From NCBI GenBank assembly GCA_963662465.1, contig OY759599.1:704001-768000 (forward strand): a stretch of DNA of 64,000 bases, given 5' to 3'. Within the stretch, counting starts at the first letter, position 1. The number at the start of each line of letters is the position of its first letter. Source of the stretch: Desulfatiglandales bacterium. GTDB taxonomy: Bacteria; Desulfobacterota; DSM-4660; Desulfatiglandales; Desulfatiglandaceae. The notes below the pieces were generated by a model. It saw only the letters and a list, made by a program, of their open reading frames with translations. It ran no database searches and was not told where the DNA came from. This document shows, piece by piece, positions 28,056-37,538 of the stretch. Made by a program: the position numbers and the translations under genes.

Positions 28056-30740
28056 ATGAGCATTCACAATCTTGAAAGAATCTTCAAGCCAACATCCCTG
28101 ACGGTTATCGGAGCCGGCGAAAGGCCGGACAGCATCGGTGGTTCCGTCATGAAAAATATCCTGGACGGCGGCTACAAGGGGAGGATTTTTCCAGTAAATC
28201 CAAAACATAAGACCATTTGCGGGTTAAAAGCGTATGGTTCCGTCCGAGACATTGACCACGCCGTTGATCTGGCCATCATCGCCACCCCTATCGTGAAAGT
28301 CCCTGTCATCATTCGGGAATGCGTCAAGACAAAAATTGGCGGCGCCATCGTTCTGTCCGCAGGCGGCAAGGAGATCGGTGAAAAGGGGCGGGAGGTCGAA
28401 GCGGAAATCCAAAAGGAGGCGGCCCGGGGAGACATCCGCATCATCGGACCCAACTGCATGGGGATCATCTCCGCCAAGGCCCTGCTCAACGCCAGTTTCT
28501 CAAGTTTGATGCCGCTGGCCGGGAAAATGGCCTTCGTTTCCCAGAGCGGCGCCATCTGCGCCGCAATCCTCGATCTTTCCATTAAGGAGGGGATCGGCTT
28601 CAGCCATTTTGTGAGCATTGGTTCTATGCTGGACGTGGATTTCGGTGATCTCATCAACTACCTGGGAGATGATCCCGAGGTCAAAAGCATTGTCCTGTAC
28701 ATCGAAAGCCTGACTCACGCGAGAAAGTTCATGAGCGCGGCACGGGCTATCTCCAGGGTCAAACCCATCGTTTTGCTGAAATCAGGGCGGTCCCGAGCCG
28801 GGGCCGCGGCCGCATCAAGTCACACCGGGGCCCTTGCGGGGGAGGATGTGATCTATGACGCGGCCTTTAAACGGGCGGGCATCCAGCGGGTGGACACCAT
28901 CAGCGAACTGTTCGACTGTGCCGAATTGATGGCCAAGCAGCCCCTCCCCGCAGGTCCGGGTCTGGGCATTATCACCAACGGCGGGGGACCGGGCGTTATG
29001 GCGGCGGACGCCATGTCCACTCACGGCATCGAACCGGTCAATCTTTCCCCGGAAACCCTTCGGAACCTTAACGATATTCTGCCGCCCTTCTGGAGCCGAT
29101 CCAATCCCGTGGATATCCTGGGGGACGCCTCCCCCGAGCGGTGGAAGCAGGCCATAAATACGTGTCTTTCCGCCCGGGAAATCCATGCCCTGGTGATCAT
29201 CTTCGTACCCCAGGCCCTGAGCAGCGGAACCGCTGTGGCTAAGGCCGTTTCCGAATTGATCCGGTCAAGACCCTGCCCCCCCATATTCGCCGTATGGATG
29301 GGAGGAGAAAGCGTTGAAGAGGGTCGCGCGATTCTCAACCGGGAAGGCATTCCCACCTACGACACACCGGAAAGGGCCGTTGCTGCATTTGTTCACATGT
29401 ATGCGTACAAACGAAACCTGGAATTGCTTCAGGAGACCCCCCCCCGAATGCACCGGACCTTAACCTTTAATCGGGAAAAAGCACGGAAGATTGTGGACGA
29501 GGCCCTTAAAAGCGGCGGCGACCTTCTCACGGAAGTGGCATCCAAATCCCTGTTTGACGCCTACGGCATACCCGTGAACCCCACGGAAGTGGCCGAAAAT
29601 GAAGCTCAGGCCCTGGCCCTGGCCCAGCGCTTAGGCTATCCCGTGGTCATGAAAATCCATTCAAGGGATATTTCCCACAAATCCGATGCCGGCGGGGTTC
29701 AACTGAATCTTCGTTCTGAAAAGGGCGTTCAAACCGCCTGGCGGGAAATTCTTAAAAACGCTCAAGAATACAACCCGAAAGCGGAAATCCTGGGGGTCTC
29801 CATTCAACCCATGGCCACACAATACGACTATGAGGTGATCCTGGGCAGCAAGCAGGACCCCCTCTTCGGCCCGGTCATTCTTTTCGGCATGGGGGGCATC
29901 ATGACCGAAATTCTGAAGGATCAGGCCATTGCCCTGCCGCCCCTGAACCGGCTGCTGGCCCGGCGGCTCATGGAAAGCACCAAGGTTTACCAAATGCTGA
30001 AAGGGTATCGAAACCGGCCCTCCGCCAGGCTGGATCTTTTGGAAGAGACCCTGATCCGCCTGTCGCAACTGGTGTCTGACTTTCCGGAAATTGCGGAACT
30101 TGACATCAACCCCATGATCCTCGGCGGAGACCGCATCTGCGCCGTGGACGGGCGGGTCGTCATCAAGCCGTCGAAGGTCCCAAGCCCTCACCACCTGGTA
30201 ATCAGTCCCTATCCCAACCAGTACGAGATCACCACAACCACCCGGGGAGGCGTCGCACTGCTGGTCCGTCCCATCAAGCCGGAAGACGCCCCCCTCCTCC
30301 AGGACCTGTTTGAATCCCTGTCCCGGGAGAGCGTCTATTACCGATTTTTTTCACCGCTTAAATCCCTTTCCCGCAAGATGCTGGTGGTCTTTACCCAAAT
30401 CGATTACGACCAGGACATGGCCCTGGTTGCCATGGATACATCCGACACCGAAGAGAAAATACTGGGCGTGTCGCGGCTCATGCGAAAACCCGGCGGCATG
30501 GAAGCGGAATTCGCCGTGGTGGTGAGAGACGTCTGGCAGGGAAAGGGGATCGGCGCTACCCTCATGAAGCACCTGCTCTTCATTGCCGAAGAACAGTCTC
30601 TGGACGCTGTTTGGGGAACGATTCTACCCGAGAACCGGCAGATGGTGAACCTGTCAAAAAAAATGGGCTTCGAAATTCATCAAGACCCGAAAGAGCATGC
30701 CTATGACGTCAGAATCGACTTGAAGAAGCGCCGGCCTTAA
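28056..30740 (+). CDS. pat: NDP-forming acyl-CoA synthetase-like/GNAT fusion (Pat-type protein lysine acetyltransferase)
   Basis: IIGPNCMG, SQSGA, SHTGALAG, NPVDILGDA, ATP-grasp HKSDAGGV, C-terminal GNAT WQGKGIG. Confidence 0.88.
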   Translation: MSIHNLERIFKPTSLTVIGAGERPDSIGGSVMKNILDGGYKGRIFPVNPKHKTICGLKAYGSVRDIDHAVDLAIIATPIVKVPVIIRECVKTKIGGAIVLSAGGKEIGEKGREVEAEIQKEAARGDIRIIGPNCMGIISAKALLNASFSSLMPLAGKMAFVSQSGAICAAILDLSIKEGIGFSHFVSIGSMLDVDFGDLINYLGDDPEVKSIVLYIESLTHARKFMSAARAISRVKPIVLLKSGRSRAGAAAASSHTGALAGEDVIYDAAFKRAGIQRVDTISELFDCAELMAKQPLPAGPGLGIITNGGGPGVMAADAMSTHGIEPVNLSPETLRNLNDILPPFWSRSNPVDILGDASPERWKQAINTCLSAREIHALVIIFVPQALSSGTAVAKAVSELIRSRPCPPIFAVWMGGESVEEGRAILNREGIPTYDTPERAVAAFVHMYAYKRNLELLQETPPRMHRTLTFNREKARKIVDEALKSGGDLLTEVASKSLFDAYGIPVNPTEVAENEAQALALAQRLGYPVVMKIHSRDISHKSDAGGVQLNLRSEKGVQTAWREILKNAQEYNPKAEILGVSIQPMATQYDYEVILGSKQDPLFGPVILFGMGGIMTEILKDQAIALPPLNRLLARRLMESTKVYQMLKGYRNRPSARLDLLEETLIRLSQLVSDFPEIAELDINPMILGGDRICAVDGRVVIKPSKVPSPHHLVISPYPNQYEITTTTRGGVALLVRPIKPEDAPLLQDLFESLSRESVYYRFFSPLKSLSRKMLVVFTQIDYDQDMALVAMDTSDTEEKILGVSRLMRKPGGMEAEFAVVVRDVWQGKGIGATLMKHLLFIAEEQSLDAVWGTILPENRQMVNLSKKMGFEIHQDPKEHAYDVRIDLKKRRP

Positions 30741-30756
30741 GCCGGCCTTTGGTGAA

Positions 30757-31134
30757 TCAGGCTTCCATAATGGAGACTTTATATTGCTTTAAGTGGCTAT
30801 CATGTGTCACAAGGGTAAAGCCTTCTACTTTCGCTTGGGCCACGAGCATTCTGTCAAACGGGTCTCTGTGATGCATTGGAAGGTCTTTCACGGCATGTGC
30901 ATGTTCAACAGTGATATCCAGTGTTTGAAAGGGCTGACGTTCTAACACCCGCTTAAAATTTCGGGGGATTTCCAGTTTCCCCACCGCTTCTTTGATCCTT
31001 ATTTCCCAAATTACCACGGCACTGACAAAAACCGGATTTTTTCCGTCGGCAATTGCAGTCCGTGATTTTTTTGAAAGCGTAGGATGATCGTTGAGCCACC
31101 ATAAAAGGACATGGGTATCAAGCAAAAGATTCAT
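30757..31134 (-). CDS. vapC: VapC (PIN domain) toxin
   Basis: LLDTHVLLWW, SAVVIWE, HRDPFDRMLVAQA, LVTHD. Confidence 0.93.
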   Translation of the reverse strand: MNLLLDTHVLLWWLNDHPTLSKKSRTAIADGKNPVFVSAVVIWEIRIKEAVGKLEIPRNFKRVLERQPFQTLDITVEHAHAVKDLPMHHRDPFDRMLVAQAKVEGFTLVTHDSHLKQYKVSIMEA

Positions 31135-31370
31135 GGGTCCACCATGCCGAAGGCATCTGCAATGTCCGCGGGTAGTTCATCGAAATCATCGGCTATCTTG
31201 ATTTTTCCCCTTAATGCGCCGGGCTGACGCGGTTTTTCGCTTTGTTCATACCTCACTAGCTTTACAACCGGTTTTCCAGCCTTACCAATGATCACTTCCT
31301 GTCCAGCCATGACCTTCTCCACAAGTGCCGACAACTGGGCTTTTGCCTCTGAAATATTGGTTATTAGCAT
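31131..31370 (-). CDS. Phd/YefM-family antitoxin of the VapC toxin
   Basis: NISEAKAQLSALV...GQEVIIGKAGKPVVKLV...PGALRGKI; overlaps the vapC start. Confidence 0.9.
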   Translation of the reverse strand: MLITNISEAKAQLSALVEKVMAGQEVIIGKAGKPVVKLVRYEQSEKPRQPGALRGKIKIADDFDELPADIADAFGMVDP

Positions 31371-31475
31371 CACAACCACCTCCTGAGATGTAGTTTGACC
31401 AGGTTTGGCCGGAAAGTCAATTTCTTTCCCCCTCCTACGCGCCGCATACCAACCTATGAGGATGTTCTACGTTCA

Positions 31476-34400
31476 TCAAGGGGCGGACACCTTTTCCAGG
31501 TCCTTAATCTTCTGGTGGATATTTCGTATGCGTGCGCTCAAGACCCTGGCAATGTGAAGGGCGATCTGAGGATATTCCTGAACAATCCGTGTGAAGTCCC
31601 GTTTCCGCAGAACCAGAAAACGAGCGGGACCCACAGTTTGAATGGTGGCGGATCGAGGGGCATCTTCCAGAAGGGCCATCTCGCCAAAATATTCGCCGCT
31701 GCCGATGCGGGCAATCTCAACACCCAGGTTCCTTTCACCACTTTTCGACTTGGAGACGGATACTTCCCCCTCAACCACCAGGTACAGGGCATCCCCCGGT
31801 TCCCCTTCCCTGAAGACCGCCACTCCCGCTAAACAGGCAACCTCCTTGACTATGGCGCCAATGGCCGCCAGCGCACTTACATGAAGCCCCTCAAAAACCG
31901 CGATCTTTCTCAACTGAAAGATCTGCTCTGTAAGATCCGTTCCCGGACCTTCTTCCACCCCTGTTTCGCCCCCTGTTTCGACCCCTTCCCGGAACCACGC
32001 CCGTTGCACCGCTGATGCCATCCGCCGGATGTGGGGATTTTCCGACTCGGTAAAGGGTGTTAAAAAATGGGGCGTCAGATCGCCGGGACTCTCCGTGGTC
32101 ATGAGAGAAAGGGTGAGCAGGGACGTCACCCAGTCCCCTTTGGTCAGAAGATGTGAAAACAGCGCCCCATGGCTCGCACCCGGATCAGGAAGGGAAAAAT
32201 GCCGGTTCCCGATTTTAAGACGATCTTCGATCGGCATCTCATCCAGAAGCGGCAGCAGAATTCGGGCAAGAGCGGGGTCCACCACATTGCCCAGCGCCTC
32301 GATGCTGTTGGCGCGCCGGCGGGGGTCCAGGGAGGAAAGGCCTCTCCACAGAATGCGCATCCGTCCCGATAGGTCTTGAATGGAAAGGACACGGAGGATG
32401 TTTTCAACGTTGATATTATTCTCCTGACCCAGATGATCCATGAGGATATCCCGCCGGGGGTTTTGAGGCCACAATCCAAGCGCCTGGGAAACGGCAAGAC
32501 ATTCATAACTTTTTTCAACCCGGGCTCTTGCATAGCGGTAAACATCCAGATCCTTGACATTCAACGTTGCCAGAACCTGAAAAAGGCCCTCACGCACTCT
32601 CCGTCCGGGGAGACTGAGAGATTCCACCAAAACCAGGGGATCCTGGTAATCGCTGTTTTGAACCATTTCCATGGCCTTTGCGCTGATTTCCGGCGCAGGA
32701 TCTCCCATGAGGGCAATGGCCCTTACGAGACACTGATCATCCTGAATATGCAAGGCCGAAAGCGCCGCCAGGCGGACCCGGTCCGAAGGATGGGACAAAT
32801 AGGAAAATGCGGCGCCGTTATGTTGCGGATCTTTAAGCTGCCCCAGGGATCGAAGAAGAGCGCAGAGGATGTCCGAGTCTTTTTCAGCAGCGAGCATCTT
32901 CCGAAGCATCTCAACAAATGCAGTATTTCCGGACTCCCCTGAGGCGATCACCCCGGCCCATCTGTCCGCGGGCGTTTTCGACTGGAGTAAGGACAAAATC
33001 ACTTGCAGATACTTCTCCGGTTCGCCGCCATAAAGCCCGGCCAGGGCATATCCCTTTATTTCCGGGGACAAAACGGACTGGAAACGTTCCAGATTCCAGG
33101 TCCGGCTGATTTCCGGTGAGAACCGATTGGCGGCCTTCGTCATGGCCAGTAGAAACTGGGGATCAGCGGCATTCGCCAGTTCAATGAAAACCGGGATGGC
33201 CTCTTTTCCCGACCGAGGGGTCAGAAAATTGAGCAGGCCGATGCGCGTTTCCGAATCCTCCTTTCTCAGTACCTTTAAAACCGCATCGTCAAAACCGGGA
33301 ACATCCTGGTCCCGCAGAAGCGCCCCATACCACAGGCAATCCTTTCCCCTGGCGGAAAGGAAGCGGTCCAGAAGCTGTATCTGCACCTTTTTGTCCTTGA
33401 AAATACGCACCGCGTCCCCCGATTCCAGGGATTTCAGGTCCAGCATATTCCGGCTGATGAGATCCAAAAGGATCCGGGAATAGTGCCTTTTGAGGATAAA
33501 ATCAAAGGAGAGCCACACCCCCATGCAGACCAGGGCGATAATGGAAAGGTAGCGCGGATGGAACAGATCCCCCAGAAACAGAATGAGCCCCGATCCCACC
33601 AGGGTGCCGATCCTCACAACGGTCCCCCTGAGAAAAGGCCTGACAACGGCCCGCTGGGAGGAATGGAACAACCCCATGAGAACGGCCATGGCCGGGGTGT
33701 TGATGGTGGTCCGAAGCACATTGGTGGATATCCTGGCATACATGGCCGAGTAAATATCAAATCGGAACAGGAGTGCCAGAAAAGCGATGGCGTAGTTAAA
33801 GGGATGAATCATGAGGGCCACGGGGATCCCCCATTTTCCATAGAGTTTTCCCACGAAAAGGAGGACCACCAGGCTGATGGTGTTCAAGAATCCCCGGAAA
33901 ACCGCAAAGAATTTGATCATGCCCCCTTCCGTGGCGTAGCTCTGGTTCACCGCGAAATTGAACTGGTAATTGATGATGGTAATGACGATATTGGCCATCA
34001 GGGAGAAAACAATGAGCACCTGGACCAGAGTGGATTCTTTCATGAGCGGGAGAATCTTTCTGAATTCCTGAACCATATTCGTTCGGGATTTCCCCTTCTT
34101 CCGGTCGGTCTGATCCTGTATCAGGAGCGTGGGGTAGAGATGCCCCATTCGGTGAACCACGGCAGCCGCCATCAGGGAGAGGACAAAATAGGCCAGAAGG
34201 AGGTTGTCCACACGAATCAGTTTCGCCAGGGGAGAGGTGGCAAAACTCCCCAGGATGGCGCCGATCACACCACCCGCGGTCATCAGGGGGAAAATCCGCT
34301 TGGATTGACGTGTATTGAAAAGATCGTTGGCCATATTCCAGAAGACCAGGGCCAAAAGCACTTCCAGCTGGCTCTTCAACAAAAAGAGAACCGGATAGAT

Positions 34401-34724
34401 GAGATCATAACCGAGCGGTATGGCAAACCGCAGACTCCCCACCAGGGCGCCGCTTCCCACCAGCATATAGGACAGAAGCCGGCTGTCCGGCATCCTGGCC
34501 ATGATTCCCGTGAGCACCCCCATGATGAAAAAAGTGACAACGGCGTTGATCATGTACATGATGGGGAGATATTGCACCCCGTAGCGTTTCAGGAAAGCCG
34601 TCTCGGCGGTGTTGGTAAAGAGAATATTCCCCACATGTATTATGAAGAGCAGCAGGGCCGCCCAGAGAAAAAGGGCGGTTTCTTCCTCGTAAAGATTGAG
34701 CCATTTCCAAACCCGGCGAAGCAT
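31476..34724 (-). CDS. Npt1/TLC-like nucleotide transporter fused to HEAT repeats and a cNMP-binding domain
   Basis: N-terminal 12-TM domain (FWNMANDLFNTRQSKRIFP), helical HEAT-like middle, C-terminal FGEMALL...PRSATI; start uncertain. Confidence 0.8.
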   Translation of the reverse strand: MLRRVWKWLNLYEEETALFLWAALLLFIIHVGNILFTNTAETAFLKRYGVQYLPIMYMINAVVTFFIMGVLTGIMARMPDSRLLSYMLVGSGALVGSLRFAIPLGYDLIYPVLFLLKSQLEVLLALVFWNMANDLFNTRQSKRIFPLMTAGGVIGAILGSFATSPLAKLIRVDNLLLAYFVLSLMAAAVVHRMGHLYPTLLIQDQTDRKKGKSRTNMVQEFRKILPLMKESTLVQVLIVFSLMANIVITIINYQFNFAVNQSYATEGGMIKFFAVFRGFLNTISLVVLLFVGKLYGKWGIPVALMIHPFNYAIAFLALLFRFDIYSAMYARISTNVLRTTINTPAMAVLMGLFHSSQRAVVRPFLRGTVVRIGTLVGSGLILFLGDLFHPRYLSIIALVCMGVWLSFDFILKRHYSRILLDLISRNMLDLKSLESGDAVRIFKDKKVQIQLLDRFLSARGKDCLWYGALLRDQDVPGFDDAVLKVLRKEDSETRIGLLNFLTPRSGKEAIPVFIELANAADPQFLLAMTKAANRFSPEISRTWNLERFQSVLSPEIKGYALAGLYGGEPEKYLQVILSLLQSKTPADRWAGVIASGESGNTAFVEMLRKMLAAEKDSDILCALLRSLGQLKDPQHNGAAFSYLSHPSDRVRLAALSALHIQDDQCLVRAIALMGDPAPEISAKAMEMVQNSDYQDPLVLVESLSLPGRRVREGLFQVLATLNVKDLDVYRYARARVEKSYECLAVSQALGLWPQNPRRDILMDHLGQENNINVENILRVLSIQDLSGRMRILWRGLSSLDPRRRANSIEALGNVVDPALARILLPLLDEMPIEDRLKIGNRHFSLPDPGASHGALFSHLLTKGDWVTSLLTLSLMTTESPGDLTPHFLTPFTESENPHIRRMASAVQRAWFREGVETGGETGVEEGPGTDLTEQIFQLRKIAVFEGLHVSALAAIGAIVKEVACLAGVAVFREGEPGDALYLVVEGEVSVSKSKSGERNLGVEIARIGSGEYFGEMALLEDAPRSATIQTVGPARFLVLRKRDFTRIVQEYPQIALHIARVLSARIRNIHQKIKDLEKVSAP

Positions 34725-35117
34725 TCCATCACCCATTACTGCCTTTAGACGGAGGAACGATGAAAAGATAGTTTGACCTGAGAAAGTGGAGAACATTTTA
34801 ATCTCGATTTGACATAAGAAAATAGGTGATCGCTAACTAACTTATTTTCAATAACAAACTACCAGATCAAGCTTTGAATACATCATATATCGAAACACCA
34901 GACGTCGCAATTGAAAAAGATAAATGGGATCGCGCCAATACGGCGAAACTTGTTTGTGATTTCCTAAAATTCCGTCACATTCAATGTGAGAGATTATCTC
35001 TCAAAATATTGGAATTTAAAGGTCATCACGATTTAGCCGACAGCAGCCCGCAACAATAACCGTCTTTTCCCATAGATTTTTGCGAAGGTTGTCTACATAT
35101 ATATCGGAATATCCAGT

Positions 35118-35146
35118 TTGACAGATCGAAACCAATACCCTATGCT
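35118..35146 (+). promoter_or_regulatory. Sigma-70-type promoter
   Basis: TTGACA-N17-TATGCT. Confidence 0.5.
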
Positions 35147-35468
35147 GCGCCAATAATCCCTGCAAGGAGTCTTTCGCATGTATCGGTTTTTCGGCTTTAC
35201 CTGAGTGTATATCAATTTACTGCCCGTGTTTGGCAGGCGCAGGGTATGGCCGGAAAACTGACTCATCCTGTTTTATCTGCATTTTTACCCTTAGCGACTG
35301 CAAGGAGGTCCTCGGCTACGCGAGGACCGTCGGGGCGCCGATTTTAGAATATCCGGATGCCATTGGGTTCACCTGCCGAGAGGGGGACATCTGGATTCTG
35401 AAGATGAACAAGGATTAATAAAATGGTAGGGATTATTGCAGGTAAATCATTTTTTTGAAAGAGGAGGT

Positions 35469-35987
35469 ATGTTGGTCATGAACAGAAGGATATTTGTCTT
35501 AGTGGCGTTTTGTGCGGTGTTTTCGTTTCAGTTTGTTTCAGGCTCCATTGGTTTCTGCAAAGGCATTAATGAGGTTGAAACAGAAAAAATCGCTGTCGAT
35601 CTGGTTAGAGACGTTCAAAAAGGCGGTTATGGCATTGTCCGCACGGATGAACTGAAAAAGTGGATGGATCAGAAGAAGAATCTGCTTATCGTTTTCACCG
35701 GTCCTGAGGCCGGTTACAAAAAGGGACATTACCCCGGTGCGGTTCAATTTGAATTTCCCATACCCGAGCTGAAAGAAATGGGCGAAGCGGAAAAGGCCGC
35801 CTTTATCAAGCTGCTGGGACCTGACAAGGACCGCGTACTGGTCTTTTACTGCGGTTTTACCAAATGCACGCGCTCGCATAACGGCGCCGTGTGGGCTAAG
35901 AAAAACGGCTACAAAAACGTCTACCGCTGTCCGGGCGGAATCAAGGGATGGACGGAGGCCGGTTTCCCGGTTGAAAAGAGCAATTAG
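35469..35987 (+). CDS. Exported rhodanese-like domain protein
   Basis: Signal peptide, GHYPGAV, FYCGFTKCTRS, GGIKGWTEAGFPV; AGGAGG RBS. Confidence 0.88.
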   Translation: MLVMNRRIFVLVAFCAVFSFQFVSGSIGFCKGINEVETEKIAVDLVRDVQKGGYGIVRTDELKKWMDQKKNLLIVFTGPEAGYKKGHYPGAVQFEFPIPELKEMGEAEKAAFIKLLGPDKDRVLVFYCGFTKCTRSHNGAVWAKKNGYKNVYRCPGGIKGWTEAGFPVEKSN

Positions 35988-36133
35988 GGTTGAGAGGCGC
36001 CGTTTTGTCGAACTGCCATTCCGGGAAGCAACAATCGATTTCCCGGGGTGGCAGTTTCCTGAGTGACATGTTTGAGTGGTGAGACTGGCAGGAGATGTAC
36101 GACATAGACTTTCTCGCTTTGCGTTTACACCGC

Positions 36134-36856
36134 TCATGTGGAAACCGGTGGAACAATGCAGTCCCCCGTTCTTCCAAGCAAATGATTACCCGAAGCCGAT
36201 TGAAAACGGCATTGATCCAGAAGGTCGTTAATACCCTCATAAATCAGTTTAACATCTCCGCGCACATCGGGACCGGAACAGCGACGCATGGCGTCTCCCG
36301 TCTGGTGAGCGGATATAACCCCATGGATTTCTTCCAGGGGGCCCACTAGATTCCTTGAAACCGTTCGCTTAAACAGCATCCCGGCGAAGAAAACATTGAC
36401 GGCCATGAACACCACCCCCCAGGCGCCGGCATTCCCGAATTGCCGGGCGCGACGGTCCGCAGCGATCATGGCCTCTCGATTGATCTTTCCCAAACGGACA
36501 ATGGCCGCCACCGTCTTTTGCCGAGCGTCTCCGTTTCCCAGAAAAGCATCGGCATAGTGGGCTCGGATGGATTCCAGCGCCGCGGGCTCATCCTTTTCGG
36601 TGATGTTCTTTTGAGCGTGTTCCAGGGCATTTAAGAAAGTCACCCGCAACGGCGGGTTTCCGTGGACGTCATGGCTGAGCATGGCCAGCGACGCCAGCAT
36701 TTCCTCACATGCCTCCAGAGACCGCTCGTTACGTTCAATGATCATCTCGATGGCCGGCGCCATGCGCACAAAAATCCAGATGCATCCCAACGCCATGAGG
36801 AGATTGAGCCCGATCAGCAGCCATGCGCCCATGCGAACGGATTGTACAATTTTCAT
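36134..36856 (-). CDS. Membrane protein with TM-four-helix-bundle-TM-HAMP-like architecture, no output domain
   Basis: Two TM segments flank a helical region (IIERNERSLEACEEML), then LVGPLEEI...; starts 2 bp after the ktrA stop. Confidence 0.6.
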   Translation of the reverse strand: MKIVQSVRMGAWLLIGLNLLMALGCIWIFVRMAPAIEMIIERNERSLEACEEMLASLAMLSHDVHGNPPLRVTFLNALEHAQKNITEKDEPAALESIRAHYADAFLGNGDARQKTVAAIVRLGKINREAMIAADRRARQFGNAGAWGVVFMAVNVFFAGMLFKRTVSRNLVGPLEEIHGVISAHQTGDAMRRCSGPDVRGDVKLIYEGINDLLDQCRFQSASGNHLLGRTGDCIVPPVST

Positions 36857-36858
36857 GG

Positions 36859-37518
36859 TTACACGCCCTCCATCAGTCTGGGGATGGCTGCTTCAGTGGA
36901 AACAATCACCAGCTTATCTCCCGCCTGCAACGGTTGGTCGGGGATGGGTTGCACCAACCGACCCGGCGCGCCGCGACGGATGGCCGCCACCATAACGCCG
37001 AACCGTTTTGGGAGCGCAAGCATGATGAGATTTTGTCCCACCATTGACGGCTGAACAAGAATCTCGGTGAGGTGCAGGTCGTCTCCAATGGATGTTTCAG
37101 CAATGATATGGCGGTAAAGGAGGCGATTGGCGAAACGCTGTCCAAACTCCTGCTCCGGATTGATGATTTGATGTGCCCCCACCAGTTGCAGAATACGCTG
37201 ATGCATCTTATCATCGGCCCGTGAAACCACGAAAGGGGCGCCCATTTGACGCAGCAGGGCCGTACAGATAATGGATGATTCCTTGGAATCATCCCCGATG
37301 GCGCAGACCACGGCATCTCTTTTCTCAGGCCCCAGACGCGCCAGTTCGTTTTCATCAGCGGCATTGACCACCAGGGCTTCCGCCACAAAGGCGGAGGCTT
37401 CTTCCACCAGACTTTTCCGGGAATCCACCGCCAGCACCTCGGCGCCTTTCTCCGATAACGTTCGCGCCAGGGACATGCCGAACCGACCCAGCCCGATAAT
37501 CAATATTTGTTGGGCCAT
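36859..37518 (-). CDS. ktrA: Ktr/Trk potassium uptake regulatory subunit (RCK_N plus RCK_C)
   Basis: IIGLGRFG Rossmann motif, VGAHQIINPEQE, RCK_C region. Confidence 0.9.
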   Translation of the reverse strand: MAQQILIIGLGRFGMSLARTLSEKGAEVLAVDSRKSLVEEASAFVAEALVVNAADENELARLGPEKRDAVVCAIGDDSKESSIICTALLRQMGAPFVVSRADDKMHQRILQLVGAHQIINPEQEFGQRFANRLLYRHIIAETSIGDDLHLTEILVQPSMVGQNLIMLALPKRFGVMVAAIRRGAPGRLVQPIPDQPLQAGDKLVIVSTEAAIPRLMEGV

Positions 37519-37538
37519 ATGTCTTACTCTCCTTATGA

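Noticed and set aside
35178..35418. SD-led short ORF with an in-frame TGA upstream of the rhodanese gene (possible selenoprotein or riboswitch)
   Set aside because: No recognisable SECIS, redox motif or riboswitch consensus; more likely a decayed gene or untranslated leader.
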